A DNA stretch of 64,000 nucleotides from NCBI GenBank assembly GCA_009692345.1, contig SHZI01000002.1, forward strand, positions 167 to 64,166, written 5' to 3'. This DNA comes from Gammaproteobacteria bacterium. GTDB lineage: Bacteria > Pseudomonadota > Gammaproteobacteria > Steroidobacterales > GCA-2729495. Shown one piece after another: positions 9,130 through 19,461 of this stretch. The notes under the pieces are model-generated. The model did no database searches, was not told the DNA's origin, and was given only the letters and a program-made list of their open reading frames with translations. The position numbers and the translations under genes were made by a program. Within the stretch, counting starts at the first letter, position 1. The number at the start of each line of letters is the position of its first letter.

Positions 9130-11478
9130 ATGGCCCTGGCAGCCAGTTTCACGCTTGTGCTTGCCGGCATCCTGCTCTGGAGCCCGGTTCTACTCATCTC
9201 GGCTCACCAGGCACTGGTGCTGTTGCTGGTGGCTGCCGCTCTCGCGGGCTGGCGGGGCGGACCGCGACCGCTGGCCATAACGCTGCTGGCGGGTCTGCCC
9301 CTGGTTCTGGTGGCAGCCTCACTGGACAGCCTGCTGCGGGAGCCCTGGCCTGCCGGGTCTGCGACGCCCCTGGGCTCTGCACCAGACCTTCTCGGGTCTG
9401 GAAGTGTCTGCGAGTTTCCCCGGGCGCAGCCGGGTTCCCGGCGCTTCATCCTGATCGCTGATGACGAGTCGCGCAGCCGTGGCGTTCCGGAGCGGGTGCT
9501 GGTCAGCTGGTACGAGAGCAGCACCTGGCCCGGGGCGATGCCGGAACCCGGCCAGCGGTGGCGGCTCAACCTGCGCCTCAGGCCGCCCCGGGCTCTCAGC
9601 AATCCGGGTGGCTTTGACTATGAGCGGTGGCTCTTCAGCCAGCACATCGGCGCGACGGGTTGGGTCCGGGAGTCCGCGGCGAATGGCCGTCTGCCGGGGA
9701 GCACGCCGGATTGTCCCGCAGCGGGCTGGCGCGCGGAGATTGCCAGGCAGATTGCCGCTGCACTGAAGGGCAGGGACGCAGCACCCTATGTACTGGGGCT
9801 CGCCATCGGTGCTTACCAGGCTCTGCCCGAGAGCGAATGGGACAAACTCCGGCGCACCGGCACGATTCACCTGATCTCCATCTCGGGCTTCCACATCGCC
9901 CTGGTCGCGGGTCCCGCAGCCTTGCTGGGACTGGTCCTTGCCAGGTTTCTGCTCGCGGCAGGTTGCCGCTGTCGGCCGCGCGTCCTGGCTGCCTGGACAG
10001 CGCTGCTTGCCGCCAGCCTCTATGGCGCACTGGCCGGCTTCAGCGTGCCTACCGCCCGGTCAGTGCTCGCCGTGGGTCTCCTCGCCGTGCTGGCCACCTG
10101 CCGACGGCGCATCTCGGGTGCCGAGTTTCTCTTCACTGTAGTCCTGGGTGTGTTGCTGATCGAACCACTCGCGCCACTGGTGCCGGGGTTCTGGCTGTCT
10201 TTCGCGGGGGTGACGGTGCTCGTCGCGGCAGGAATGGCGCTCCGAACCGGGACGGGTGCGCCAGGTTCCGTCCGCCTGCTTCTGGTAACCCAGGCGGGCA
10301 TGACGGTGGGGCTTGCGCCACTGCTGGTGCTCTTCTTCGGTCAGATTCCCCTGAGCGGGACGCTGGCCAATCTGGTGGCCGTCCCGGCGTTCACCTTGGT
10401 CCTGCTGCCAGTGACGCTCATCGGGACCGCGACGGTGGTGGTTGCGCCCCGGGCCGGGGCGGCCATTCTCGGAATGGCGGCAGACTGCTTCGACGTCTGG
10501 CGCTGGTTCCTGGACTGGTGCGCCAGTCTGCCGATGGCGGTGTGGTACCTGCCCGAGCCACCGCTGGTCGCCATCCTGCTGGCCGGTGTCGGGGTAGTCT
10601 CCGCCCTCTGGCCACCCCCCTGGCCCCTGCGCTGGCTTAGTCTCGGCATGCTGGCTGGCCTCATGGCTGCCAGCAGCGGGCCCGTGCCGCCTGGAGGCCT
10701 GCGTGTCACTGTCCTCGATGTGGGGCAGGGGCTGGCCGTTCTGCTGCAGACGGCCGGTCATACGCTGCTTTACGACACCGGTCCCGCGTTCCGGAACAGT
10801 GATGCGGGAGAGCGAGTCGTGGTTCCCGCACTGCAGGCGCTGGGCGTCCGGACCCTGGACACTCTGCTCGTGTCCCACGCTGACGCCGATCACCGCGGTG
10901 GCGCTGCCAGCGTTCTGGAGCGCTATCCGGCCCACCGCTTGCTTGGTGCCGGCCCCGACCATCAGCAGTGGACTCCCTGTCGGGCGGGAAGCAGCTGGTG
11001 GTGGGACGGTTTCACCTTCGAGATCCTGCATCCCGCTGCCGACTCCCGGTGGTCGGACGACAACGCGAGATCCTGCGTGCTCCGCGTCTCCGGCGCCGGG
11101 GTGAGCTTGCTGTTCCCCGGCGATATCGAAGCCGGTGTCGAGCGTGATCTGGTGGCTCAGGCCGGCCTTAGTGGCGCGGATCTGGTGGTAGCTCCCCACC
11201 ATGGGAGCCGGACCTCATCCTCGGCCGAATTCGTTGCGGCCACGAGGCCACGTTATGTGGTCTTTGCGACGGGCTTCCAGAATCGCTGGCACTTTCCGGC
11301 CACGGAAGTGGTCGAGCGCTGGCGAGAGGCCGGCGCCTGTGTGCTGGACACCGGAGCCGACGGTGCGCTGCAGTTCGAAGTGACGCCCGGCACCAGTCTC
11401 CGTCTGGTGAGCCGGCAGCGCGCTGTCGCGCCGGGTGTCTGGGTGGCGCGGCCCGGTGCAGCGCCGCCCTGCAAGTGA
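9130..11478 (+). CDS. comEC: DNA internalization-related competence protein ComEC/Rec2
   Basis: 782 aa with a polytopic competence domain and a C-terminal metallo-beta-lactamase domain (VTVLDVGQGLAVLLQTAGHTLLYDTGP...SHADADHRGG). Confidence 0.9.
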   Translation: MALAASFTLVLAGILLWSPVLLISAHQALVLLLVAAALAGWRGGPRPLAITLLAGLPLVLVAASLDSLLREPWPAGSATPLGSAPDLLGSGSVCEFPRAQPGSRRFILIADDESRSRGVPERVLVSWYESSTWPGAMPEPGQRWRLNLRLRPPRALSNPGGFDYERWLFSQHIGATGWVRESAANGRLPGSTPDCPAAGWRAEIARQIAAALKGRDAAPYVLGLAIGAYQALPESEWDKLRRTGTIHLISISGFHIALVAGPAALLGLVLARFLLAAGCRCRPRVLAAWTALLAASLYGALAGFSVPTARSVLAVGLLAVLATCRRRISGAEFLFTVVLGVLLIEPLAPLVPGFWLSFAGVTVLVAAGMALRTGTGAPGSVRLLLVTQAGMTVGLAPLLVLFFGQIPLSGTLANLVAVPAFTLVLLPVTLIGTATVVVAPRAGAAILGMAADCFDVWRWFLDWCASLPMAVWYLPEPPLVAILLAGVGVVSALWPPPWPLRWLSLGMLAGLMAASSGPVPPGGLRVTVLDVGQGLAVLLQTAGHTLLYDTGPAFRNSDAGERVVVPALQALGVRTLDTLLVSHADADHRGGAASVLERYPAHRLLGAGPDHQQWTPCRAGSSWWWDGFTFEILHPAADSRWSDDNARSCVLRVSGAGVSLLFPGDIEAGVERDLVAQAGLSGADLVVAPHHGSRTSSSAEFVAATRPRYVVFATGFQNRWHFPATEVVERWREAGACVLDTGADGALQFEVTPGTSLRLVSRQRAVAPGVWVARPGAAPPCK

Positions 11479-11551
11479 CGCTGCTGCCTGGCTGGTCCTG
11501 TGACCACCCAAGGACGCCGATGTATAGTGGCACTCGTCTGGTTGGGAACGG

Positions 11552-12244
11552 GTGCTCATGCTCGAGATCGTGATTGCTGGCGGCTGGGTCATGGTGCCTA
11601 TCATCCTGTCTTCCGTGCTGGCCGCCGCCATCGTCCTGGAGCGTCTTTGGACCCTCCAACCCGCCCGGGTCGTGCCGCGGGACCTGTCCCGCAAGGTGTG
11701 GGACTGGGTCAGCAGCAACCAGCTGAACCCGCAGCACATCCAGGAGCTGCGGCTGAACTCGCCACTGGGGCAGATTCTGGCTGCCGGTCTCGCCAGTCGC
11801 CAGCAGGATCGGGCCACGATGAAAGAGGCCGTTGAGGATACGGGGCGACACGTCGTCCACGAACTGGAGCGCTACCTCAATACACTGGGCTCCATTGCTG
11901 CGGTCTCGCCGCTACTCGGCCTGCTGGGGACTGTCACCGGCATGATCCGGACGTTCGGGGCGCTAACCTCCGGTGGCGCAGGGGACCCGGCTTCGCTGGC
12001 TGGCGGCATCTCGGAGGCCTTGATCACAACGGCTGCGGGCCTGATGGTGGCGATCCCCGCCCTGATTGCCTATCGCTATCTGCGCGGCCGCGTCGACACG
12101 CTCATCGTGCAGATGGAGAAGGAAGCCATCGCTCTGGTCGAGGCTCTGCAGCGCAAACAGTTCGTCGACACCCTGGGCCGGTCCAGCAATGCGCCAGCGG
12201 CGCAGGTTGGCACCCGCACTGCAGCCCCGGCAAGCGGCTACTGA
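11552..12244 (+). CDS. exbB: MotA/TolQ/ExbB family proton channel protein
   Basis: 230 aa (alternative start ATG 11558). Contains the ...LGLLGTVTGMIRTFGAL...ALITTAAGLMVAIPALIAY motif. Confidence 0.85.
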   Translation: MLMLEIVIAGGWVMVPIILSSVLAAAIVLERLWTLQPARVVPRDLSRKVWDWVSSNQLNPQHIQELRLNSPLGQILAAGLASRQQDRATMKEAVEDTGRHVVHELERYLNTLGSIAAVSPLLGLLGTVTGMIRTFGALTSGGAGDPASLAGGISEALITTAAGLMVAIPALIAYRYLRGRVDTLIVQMEKEAIALVEALQRKQFVDTLGRSSNAPAAQVGTRTAAPASGY

Positions 12245-12251
12245 CGTGAGG

Positions 12252-12674
12252 ATGCGCAGGTCCACCACGCGGGACGAGCCGGAGCTTAACGTCGTCTCCC
12301 TGGTCGACGTGGTCCTGCTCCTGTTGATTTTCTTCATGCTGACGACGACCTTCGTGCGCCCGTCGCAGATCGCAATCCGGCTGCCGGAAGCGGGCGTCAG
12401 TTCTGATGTGGCGATGGACGGGCAGGAGCTCGAGATCTCCGTGACCGGTAAAGGCGAGTTCCGGGTGAATGGCCGCCCGCTGGTCGACTCCCGTCCTGAG
12501 ACTCTGGAGGCAGCGATTCGCAAGGTCGTGCCCGACGTCCTCCCGCGGCACGTGACGCTCAGCGCGGATGGTCGTGCCAGTCATCAGGAGGTCGTCACGG
12601 CGATGGACGTGGCTGGCCGTCTCGGCTTTGTCGAAGTCCGCATTACGACGGTACGAGCGCGGCCGCCGGAGTGA
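12252..12674 (+). CDS. exbD: ExbD/TolR family biopolymer transport protein
   Basis: ATG 12252 (or GTG 12246). PELNVVSLVDVVLLLLIFFMLTTTF is the typical ExbD TM segment. Confidence 0.85.
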   Translation: MRRSTTRDEPELNVVSLVDVVLLLLIFFMLTTTFVRPSQIAIRLPEAGVSSDVAMDGQELEISVTGKGEFRVNGRPLVDSRPETLEAAIRKVVPDVLPRHVTLSADGRASHQEVVTAMDVAGRLGFVEVRITTVRARPPE

Positions 12675-12681
12675 GAGGATC

Positions 12682-14463
12682 GTGAGCGCCCCCGGTTCGC
12701 CCAGCGTAGCGCCAACGGTGATTTACCGGCGCCTTCTCGAGTATGCACGGCCGCACTGGCCCGTCTTCATTATCGCGGCGCTCGGCATGGCGTTCTATGC
12801 CGCTACGGATACCGGCTTCGCCTGGCTGATCAAGAACCTGCTGGTCAGCGTCAATGCGCCCGGTACCGCAGTAACCCCGGAGGCAGAACGGATCCGGGAC
12901 TGGCTGCCGCTGGCGATCCTCGTGCTCTTCCTGGTGCGTGGCACGGCAGAGTTCGCGGCCGCCTTCAGTATCAGCTGGATCGGGCGTCGCGTTGTCAAGC
13001 ATCTCAGGGCGCTTGTTTTCGACAAATTCCTGCACTTGCCGACGCGATTCTTCGACGGGACGTCCACCGGGCAACTACTCTCCAGACTCACCTTCAATAT
13101 TGAGCAGATAGCGGACGCGGCATCCAACGTGGTGACCGTTCTGATCCGGGACAGCCTGACGGTAATCGGGCTGATTGCCTACATGGTCTATCTCAGTCCG
13201 CCCCTGTCCGCGTTTGTCTTTCTGGTTGCGCCCTTGCTGGCGGTACTCATCCGGATCCTGAGTCGCATGTTTCGCCGGCACAGCACCCGGATTCAGGAAT
13301 CGATGGGCGAACTCACCCGGATCACCGGTGAAACCCTGCAGAGTCACAAGACCATCAAGATATTCAATGGCCAGGATTTCGAGACCCGGCGGTTCGAGGC
13401 GGCCAATGAGCGCAACCGCCGCATGAATATGCGGCTCTATGCCACAAGAGGGGCCGGGGATGGCGTCACGTCGTTACTTGCGGCCTTTGGCATGGCCGGA
13501 GTGGTATTTGTCGTTAACCAGGAATTTGTCCGGGAGTCCCTGGAGCTCGGTGATTTCGGCGGCTTCATAGCGGCGCTACTGCTGCTCATGCGGCCTATTC
13601 GGGCGCTGACCGGCATCAACGTGAACCTCCAGCGCGGGATAGCGGCGGGCGAAAGCGTTTTTCAGGTGCTGGACTCGGATGTGGAGCGGGACACGGGCAC
13701 GCTGGAGCCGGCACGGGTGTCCGGCAGGGTGGAGTTCCGCCACCTCAACTTTGAGTACGCCGCAGACAAGGGCCTTGTGCTCCGGGACATCAACCTGGTT
13801 GTGCCGGCCGGGCAGACACTGGCCATCGTGGGCAAGTCCGGGAGTGGCAAGTCGACACTGGTGGGCCTGGTGCCCCGCTTCTATGACGTGGAACAGGGCG
13901 CAGTGCTGGTGGATGATCACCCGATAGGGGACTACCGTCTCAGCGCGTTGCGCAACCAGATCAGTCTGGTCAGTCAGGAAGTTATCCTCTTCAACGACAC
14001 GATCGCCGGCAATATCGCCTATGGCAGCCTGGGCCCCGTGTCCCGGGCAGATATCGAGGCGGCGGCTCGTGCTGCTCACGTGGATGAGTTTACCAACCAG
14101 CTGCCAGAAGGTCTCGACACGTCCGTCGGCGATCGGGGCCTGCTGCTCTCCGGCGGGCAGCGCCAGCGTATCGCGATTGCCCGGGCACTGCTCAAGAACG
14201 CCCCCATCCTGATTCTGGACGAAGCCACTTCGGCCCTGGATACGGAGTCGGAAAGACAGATTCAGGATGCACTCGGCCGGCTCATCCAGGACCGCACGAC
14301 GTTCATCATTGCGCATCGGCTGTCCACTATCGAGAATGCGGATCGTATTCTGGTGATGGGTGACGGTGCCATTCTTGAGGTCGGCAGTCACACCGAGCTG
14401 ATGGCCGCCGGTGGCCACTACGCACGTTTGCATCGTTTGCAGTTCCGGGATGACCCGGCCTGA
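12682..14463 (+). CDS. msbA: lipid A export ABC transporter permease/ATPase MsbA
   Basis: GTG 12682. Six-TM ABC exporter domain plus an NBD with GKSGSGKST, LSGGQRQRIAIARAL and ILILDEATSALD. Confidence 0.92.
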   Translation: MSAPGSPSVAPTVIYRRLLEYARPHWPVFIIAALGMAFYAATDTGFAWLIKNLLVSVNAPGTAVTPEAERIRDWLPLAILVLFLVRGTAEFAAAFSISWIGRRVVKHLRALVFDKFLHLPTRFFDGTSTGQLLSRLTFNIEQIADAASNVVTVLIRDSLTVIGLIAYMVYLSPPLSAFVFLVAPLLAVLIRILSRMFRRHSTRIQESMGELTRITGETLQSHKTIKIFNGQDFETRRFEAANERNRRMNMRLYATRGAGDGVTSLLAAFGMAGVVFVVNQEFVRESLELGDFGGFIAALLLLMRPIRALTGINVNLQRGIAAGESVFQVLDSDVERDTGTLEPARVSGRVEFRHLNFEYAADKGLVLRDINLVVPAGQTLAIVGKSGSGKSTLVGLVPRFYDVEQGAVLVDDHPIGDYRLSALRNQISLVSQEVILFNDTIAGNIAYGSLGPVSRADIEAAARAAHVDEFTNQLPEGLDTSVGDRGLLLSGGQRQRIAIARALLKNAPILILDEATSALDTESERQIQDALGRLIQDRTTFIIAHRLSTIENADRILVMGDGAILEVGSHTELMAAGGHYARLHRLQFRDDPA

Positions 14464-15457
14464 CGCAGGCCGGGGCCTCGAGGGGAGCCTCGAGGCGCTC
14501 TGGTATGGCCACTCACCGCTGGCCTGGCTCTTGCTGCCGCTTTCCTGGTTGTTTGGTCTCGCGGTGTGGTGCCGGCGTCTTGCCTACCGTAGCGGCTGGT
14601 TCGGGGTGCAGCGCCTCTCCGTGCCCGTGATCGTGGTGGGCAATCTCACCATCGGTGGCACCGGGAAGACGCCGGTGACCGGGTGGCTCGTCGAGTTCTG
14701 CCGCGCAGCGGGCTATAGGCCCGGGATCGTCAGCCGAGGCTATGGCGGGCGAGTGTCCGGAGAGCCACGCCTCGTGGCTCCGGGAGACGATGCGCGGGAG
14801 GTCGGTGACGAGCCGCTCCTGCTCCGCCGTCAGACCGGAGCCCCCGTCTGCGTCCACCGGGATCGGGTTGCCGCCGGGCAACGGCTTATTGCCGACGGTG
14901 TGAACCTGATCATTGCAGACGATGGCCTGCAACACTACCGCCTCGATCGGGATATGGAGATTGCCGTCCTCGACGGCGAGCGACGCCTGGGCAATGGTTT
15001 CCTGCTACCTGCCGGCCCCCTGCGGGAGCCTGGGAGGCGGCTGCGTGATGTCGACCTGGTCCTCGTGAATGGCGGCCTGGCAGGGCCCCATGAGTTCGTT
15101 CTCGAGGTGTGCATCAGTGGACTTCGTGCGTTTGATGGGAACGGTCAGTGTGCTCTCGAAGCGCTGCGCGGCCAACGAGTGCGCGCGGTTGCGGGTATTG
15201 GCAATCCTGCGCGCTTCCACGCCCAGCTGGCGAGTGCTGGACTACAGGTCCTTCCCGTGCCGGTGCCTGATCATGGCAGGGTCGATCTGGCCGCCCTCAG
15301 TCGGGAGAGTGATGTGCCAATCATCATGACGGAGAAAGACGCCGTAAAGTACCAGAAGATAGTCGGCTGCCCGGTGTGGGTAGCCCAGCTGGAGGTCCGA
15401 CTCCCACCGGAGGTTGGTGCCCGGGTTCTCGAGCGGCTGCGGTCTCTGGGGAGTTGA
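14450..15457 (+). CDS. lpxK: tetraacyldisaccharide 4'-kinase LpxK
   Basis: ATG 14450, overlapping msbA by 14 nt. P-loop VGNLTIGGTGKTP is present. Confidence 0.9.
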   Translation: MTRPDAGRGLEGSLEALWYGHSPLAWLLLPLSWLFGLAVWCRRLAYRSGWFGVQRLSVPVIVVGNLTIGGTGKTPVTGWLVEFCRAAGYRPGIVSRGYGGRVSGEPRLVAPGDDAREVGDEPLLLRRQTGAPVCVHRDRVAAGQRLIADGVNLIIADDGLQHYRLDRDMEIAVLDGERRLGNGFLLPAGPLREPGRRLRDVDLVLVNGGLAGPHEFVLEVCISGLRAFDGNGQCALEALRGQRVRAVAGIGNPARFHAQLASAGLQVLPVPVPDHGRVDLAALSRESDVPIIMTEKDAVKYQKIVGCPVWVAQLEVRLPPEVGARVLERLRSLGS

Positions 15458-15467
15458 CGGCTGATGT

Positions 15468-16226
15468 ATGAGTAACGCCAGTTTTCAGGTGGTGATTCCC
15501 GCCCGCTACGCGTCGTCGCGCTTTCCAGGGAAGGCGCTGGCGCTGCTGGCGGGGCGTACTGTGCTGGAACACGTCTGGCGCCAGGCTGTGCAGAGCGCTG
15601 CTGCCCACGTGGTGATAGCCACCGATGATGAGCGCATTGCGACGGTGGGCCGCCGCTTTGGCGCCGACGTGTTGATGACCCTTGCCACCCATCGCTCTGG
15701 AACCGAGCGAGCTGCCGAAGTCGCCCGGGCGAGGGGGTGGCCAGAAGAGAGTCTCGTGGTGAACTGTCAGGGGGATGCGCCGCTGATTCCCCCGAGCGCC
15801 ATCAATCAGGTCGCTGCGCTGCTGGCTGCCCATCCGGGCGCTGCGCTTGCGACCCTTTGTACTCCGGTGCGGTCCACGGAGGAGTATCTCAATCCAAACG
15901 TCGTCAAGCTCGTGTGCGCCGCGGATGGCCGCGCACTCTACTTCAGTCGGGCCCCGATCCCGTCCGTCAGCCACGCCGCCCACGCACCGGACAGTCTTCG
16001 CCACGTTGGCCTGTATGCCTATCGGGCCGGAGCCCTGAGGCAACTGGCCGCCGCGCCGCCCTGCGCCCTCGAGATGGCAGAGAGCCTGGAGCAGTTGCGC
16101 GCCCTGTGGCTCGGTCTTGCCATACAGGTTGGACTGGCCGGGGACCTGCTCGGTCCCGATGTGGATACCCCGGAAGATCTGGAGCGTGCCGAAGAGTTTC
16201 TCCGCAGCAGGGGACCTCTCTCGTGA
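15468..16226 (+). CDS. kdsB: 3-deoxy-manno-octulosonate cytidylyltransferase KdsB
   Basis: 252 aa; VIPARYASSRFPGKALA...VVIATDDERI...NCQGDAPLI. Confidence 0.93.
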   Translation: MSNASFQVVIPARYASSRFPGKALALLAGRTVLEHVWRQAVQSAAAHVVIATDDERIATVGRRFGADVLMTLATHRSGTERAAEVARARGWPEESLVVNCQGDAPLIPPSAINQVAALLAAHPGAALATLCTPVRSTEEYLNPNVVKLVCAADGRALYFSRAPIPSVSHAAHAPDSLRHVGLYAYRAGALRQLAAAPPCALEMAESLEQLRALWLGLAIQVGLAGDLLGPDVDTPEDLERAEEFLRSRGPLS

Positions 16227-16789
16227 AGATCTTCCGCCGGAGGCCACCCGCTCCACCGGCTATCCCCGCAGTGCGGGTGCTGATGGTCTGCATGGGCAAC
16301 ATCTGCCGCTCCCCCATGGCCGAGGGCATGCTGCGTCAGCGGGCTGCCGAGCGTGGTCTCGCGGTCCCGGTCGAGATCGATTCTGCGGGAACGCACAGCT
16401 ACCACGAGGGCGCGCCGCCCGATCCCCGCGCCCAGGCCGCAGCGCTGCGCCGGGGTATTGACGTCTCCCGGCTCCGGGCCCGGCGCGTCGTGGCCAGCGA
16501 CTTCGAGCGCTTTGATCTCCTGCTCGCCATGGACGATGACAACTACGCCGCCCTGCTGGCGCAGGCGGGTGACCTGCATCAGCACAACATCCGCCTGCTG
16601 CTGGATTTCGCCGCGCCGGGGTTAGCCGGGACCGCAACGCGGCGGCACGTGCCGGATCCTTACTACGGCGGAACGTTGGGTTTCGAGCGGGTCCTCGACC
16701 TCGTCGAGGAGGCCATGGCTGGCCTCCTCGACGAAGTGGAGCGGATTGCTGCCAGTCGCCCACGCGGGGGCGAGAGTACCGCCGGCTAG
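16223..16789 (+). CDS. low-molecular-weight protein-tyrosine phosphatase
   Basis: GTG 16223 shares GTGA with the kdsB stop. Contains the CX5R(S) motif [17 protein letters not shown] and the DPYYG loop. Confidence 0.88.
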   Translation: MKIFRRRPPAPPAIPAVRVLMVCMGNICRSPMAEGMLRQRAAERGLAVPVEIDSAGTHSYHEGAPPDPRAQAAALRRGIDVSRLRARRVVASDFERFDLLLAMDDDNYAALLAQAGDLHQHNIRLLLDFAAPGLAGTATRRHVPDPYYGGTLGFERVLDLVEEAMAGLLDEVERIAASRPRGGESTAG

Positions 16790-19461
16790 TCGGTTCCGGA
16801 CTCGCGATTCTCGCCGTTGCCGTTGGAACTACCCGACCATACCGTGTGGGTGGTCGCCGGGCGAATGGCAGCCGGCGGTGCGGGTGCGGCAGCCGGAACT
16901 GGCGCCACAGCGGCAGGCGCAGTGACGACTGATGGGGCTGGTCCGGTGGCTGCTGCGTTGCTGGTTTCCCAGGGCAGACGCCTCTGGCTGTTCCGTTCGA
17001 TGTAGGGTTCGCCGCGGGATTCAGAGGCGGCGGGCACGCTTACCGGCTGCCCAGTATTGTTTACGGCGTTGCTCGCCACGTTGTTCGGCAGGATTGGCGT
17101 CAGCATGGGCATGGTGTCTTCAGGCGTCTGCTGCGGCCTTGCCTGCGGCATCTCCGGCGGGGAGGCGTCGGGCTGCGGGCCGTCGCCCCGGTCTTGCTGG
17201 CCATGGGGTCGCTGGTCATCCCCACGCTGGTTGTCCCCGCGGGGGCCTTCCTGGCCTTGCCGCTGGGGATCCCGATCAGCTCCGCCCCGACGTCTGCGAT
17301 TACGCCGCGGGCGGTCGCCATTGGGCGTTCCCGGAGCCCCAGTGGGGGTCTGACCCTGACCCTGACCTTGGCCCTGACCCTGACCTTGGCCCTGGCCCTG
17401 GCCCTGGCCCTGGCCCTGGGTACTGTTCTGGCCCGGATTCCGGTTAGCGCCGCGGTTACCGTCCCTGCGGGGGTCGGGTGTTCCGGTATCGCCGGCCGGA
17501 CGCGCTTCGACCCCGCTGCCGTTACCGGTGTTTCTGGTCTCGCTATTCCGGCCGTCCTGCTGAGGCGGGCGCGGCTGGCTGGGATCGAACTCGCGACGGG
17601 GAGGCCGGGGGCCGCGCCGGGGGGCGGATCGATCGCCACCCGGACCGCGATGCCGGCCCTGCTGCTGCCGGCCATCGCCTCGGGTGCGCTGGCCCTGCTC
17701 GGGGCGCCGCGGCGGCGGGGCCTCAGTCGCCGGCGCTGGCGTAGCAGGCTCCCCGGAGCCCAACAGCCACACCTTGAGACGGGTGAGCAGGCCTGGGACG
17801 GGCACCGCCGGAGCTGGCGCTACGGCGACCGGCGCCGGGGTTGGAGCCGGCGTTGAGGGCAGGATGCTGGCCACTGCCGGCGCCTGAATCTTGGGCTTCT
17901 GGGGCCCAACATCGTCGCTCTCAAAGGGCTTGTCTTCAGCGGGAATCGCCAGCTGATAACTGGCCACCGCATTCTCCGGGAGGGTGGTCTGATCGTCCCG
18001 GACACGCCGCAGGGTGTAGTTGGGCGTCTGCAGTTCCGGATTCGCGACGAGCACAATCTGCAGGTTGTCGCGAGCTTCGATCGTCCGGATCCATTCCCGC
18101 TTTTCATTCAGCAGGTAGTTGGCGACATCGACCGGCAACTGCGCAATCACCTTGGAGGTGCGGTCCTTGCGGGTTTCCTCGCCGATCAGGCGTAACACCG
18201 CCAGCGCCAGGGACTCGACGCTGCGAATATTACCCATGCCACTGCAGCGCGGGCAGGTCTGGTGTGCGGATTCGCCGAGGGATGGCCGGAGTCGTTGCCG
18301 GGACATCTCAAGCAGCCCGAAGCGCGAGATCTTGCCAATCTGCACGCGAGCCCGGTCCATGTGCACGGCATCCCTGAGGCGATTCTCCACGTCCCGCTGA
18401 TTTTTCTGCGGACCCATGTCGATAAAGTCGATAACGATCAGGCCGCCGAGATCGCGCAGACGAAGCTGCCGGGCAATCTCCTCCGCCGCTTCCATATTGG
18501 TGGCGAAGGCCGTGGCCTCGATGTCGCTGCCCTTGGTTGCCCGGGCGGAGTTGATGTCGATCGATACCAGGGCTTCGGTGTGGTCGATGACTATGCTGCC
18601 GCCAGAGGGCAGTTCAACAGTGTGGGAGAACGCTGACTCGATCTGGCTTTCGATCTGGTAGCGGGTAAAGAGGGGCACGGGGTCCGAGTACTGGCGCAGC
18701 TTGCGCAGGTTCTGGGGCATGGCCCGCTCGACAAACTGCCGGGCCTCTTCGTAGGCGGCCTCGTCGTCGATGAGGATCTCGCCGACGTCATTGGCCAGGT
18801 GGTCCCTGAGGGCACGGATGATGGCGTTGCTGTCCTGGAAGATCAGGAAGGGCGCCGGACGGCTCACGGCCGCCTTCTTTATGGCTTCCCAGATCCCCAG
18901 GAGATAGTCCATGTCCCACTGGAGTTCTTCGGGGGACCGGCCGACGCCGGCGGTCCGCACGATGACGCCCATGCCATCCGGCACGGCGACATCGTTCAGC
19001 GCCTCCCGCATCTCATCCCGGTCAGCGTCACTGATACGCCGGGAGACGCCCCCTGATCTGGGGTTGTTTGGCATCAGGACAATGAAGCGTCCTGCCAGGC
19101 TGATAAACGTCGTGAGGGCAGCGCCCTTGGTGCCGCGTTCTTCCTTTTCAACCTGAACAACGATGTCCTGGCCTTCCCGGATGACGTCGCGGATGTTGAT
19201 CCGGCCGTCCGGGCCTGGATCGTTGACGAAGTACTCGGGGGAGACTTCCTTTAGGGGCAGGAAACCATGGCGGTCTGCGCCGTACTCGATGAAAGCGGCG
19301 TCCAGGCTGGGTTCGATCCGCGTAATGCGGCCCTTGTAGATGTTGGCTTTCTTCTGTTCCCTCGACTGGCTCTCGATATCAAGATCAAACAGCCGCTGGC
19401 CATCGACCATAGCTACGCGCAACTCTTCTTCCTGAGTTGCATTGACGAGCATTCTCTTCAT
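16786..19461 (-). CDS. rne: ribonuclease E
   Basis: 891 aa. The N-terminus [30 protein letters not shown] is followed by the S1, DNase I-like and Zn-link (CPRCSGMG) regions, then a long Arg/Pro/Gly/Gln-rich scaffold tail. Confidence 0.95.
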   Translation of the reverse strand: MKRMLVNATQEEELRVAMVDGQRLFDLDIESQSREQKKANIYKGRITRIEPSLDAAFIEYGADRHGFLPLKEVSPEYFVNDPGPDGRINIRDVIREGQDIVVQVEKEERGTKGAALTTFISLAGRFIVLMPNNPRSGGVSRRISDADRDEMREALNDVAVPDGMGVIVRTAGVGRSPEELQWDMDYLLGIWEAIKKAAVSRPAPFLIFQDSNAIIRALRDHLANDVGEILIDDEAAYEEARQFVERAMPQNLRKLRQYSDPVPLFTRYQIESQIESAFSHTVELPSGGSIVIDHTEALVSIDINSARATKGSDIEATAFATNMEAAEEIARQLRLRDLGGLIVIDFIDMGPQKNQRDVENRLRDAVHMDRARVQIGKISRFGLLEMSRQRLRPSLGESAHQTCPRCSGMGNIRSVESLALAVLRLIGEETRKDRTSKVIAQLPVDVANYLLNEKREWIRTIEARDNLQIVLVANPELQTPNYTLRRVRDDQTTLPENAVASYQLAIPAEDKPFESDDVGPQKPKIQAPAVASILPSTPAPTPAPVAVAPAPAVPVPGLLTRLKVWLLGSGEPATPAPATEAPPPRRPEQGQRTRGDGRQQQGRHRGPGGDRSAPRRGPRPPRREFDPSQPRPPQQDGRNSETRNTGNGSGVEARPAGDTGTPDPRRDGNRGANRNPGQNSTQGQGQGQGQGQGQGQGQGQGQGQTPTGAPGTPNGDRPRRNRRRRGGADRDPQRQGQEGPRGDNQRGDDQRPHGQQDRGDGPQPDASPPEMPQARPQQTPEDTMPMLTPILPNNVASNAVNNTGQPVSVPAASESRGEPYIERNSQRRLPWETSNAAATGPAPSVVTAPAAVAPVPAAAPAPPAAIRPATTHTVWSGSSNGNGENRESGTD
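17350..17415. repeat. hexanucleotide tandem repeat (CTGACC/CTGGCC/TTGGCC, 11 units) inside rne
   Basis: Read directly from the sequence. It encodes the (QG)n run in the RNase E C-terminal tail. Confidence 0.95.

Noticed and set aside
10060-11202. 380-aa minus-strand ORF inside comEC; similar cases at 52337-53533, 40700-41608, 25127-26020 and 15324-16256
   Set aside because: All overlap well-supported genes on the other strand and lack recognisable motifs. They are GC-driven open frames.
15737-16222. Long N-terminal extension of the phosphatase ORF (track start 15737)
   Set aside because: The extension lies entirely inside kdsB in another frame and is Arg/Pro-rich. The LMW-PTP homology begins near GTG 16223.
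17350-17415. Repeat arrays (rne, imuB, gspD, GAC8) as possible CRISPR arrays
   Set aside because: The units are 3-12 nt and contiguous, with no spacers, and most lie inside coding sequence. No cas genes are present.
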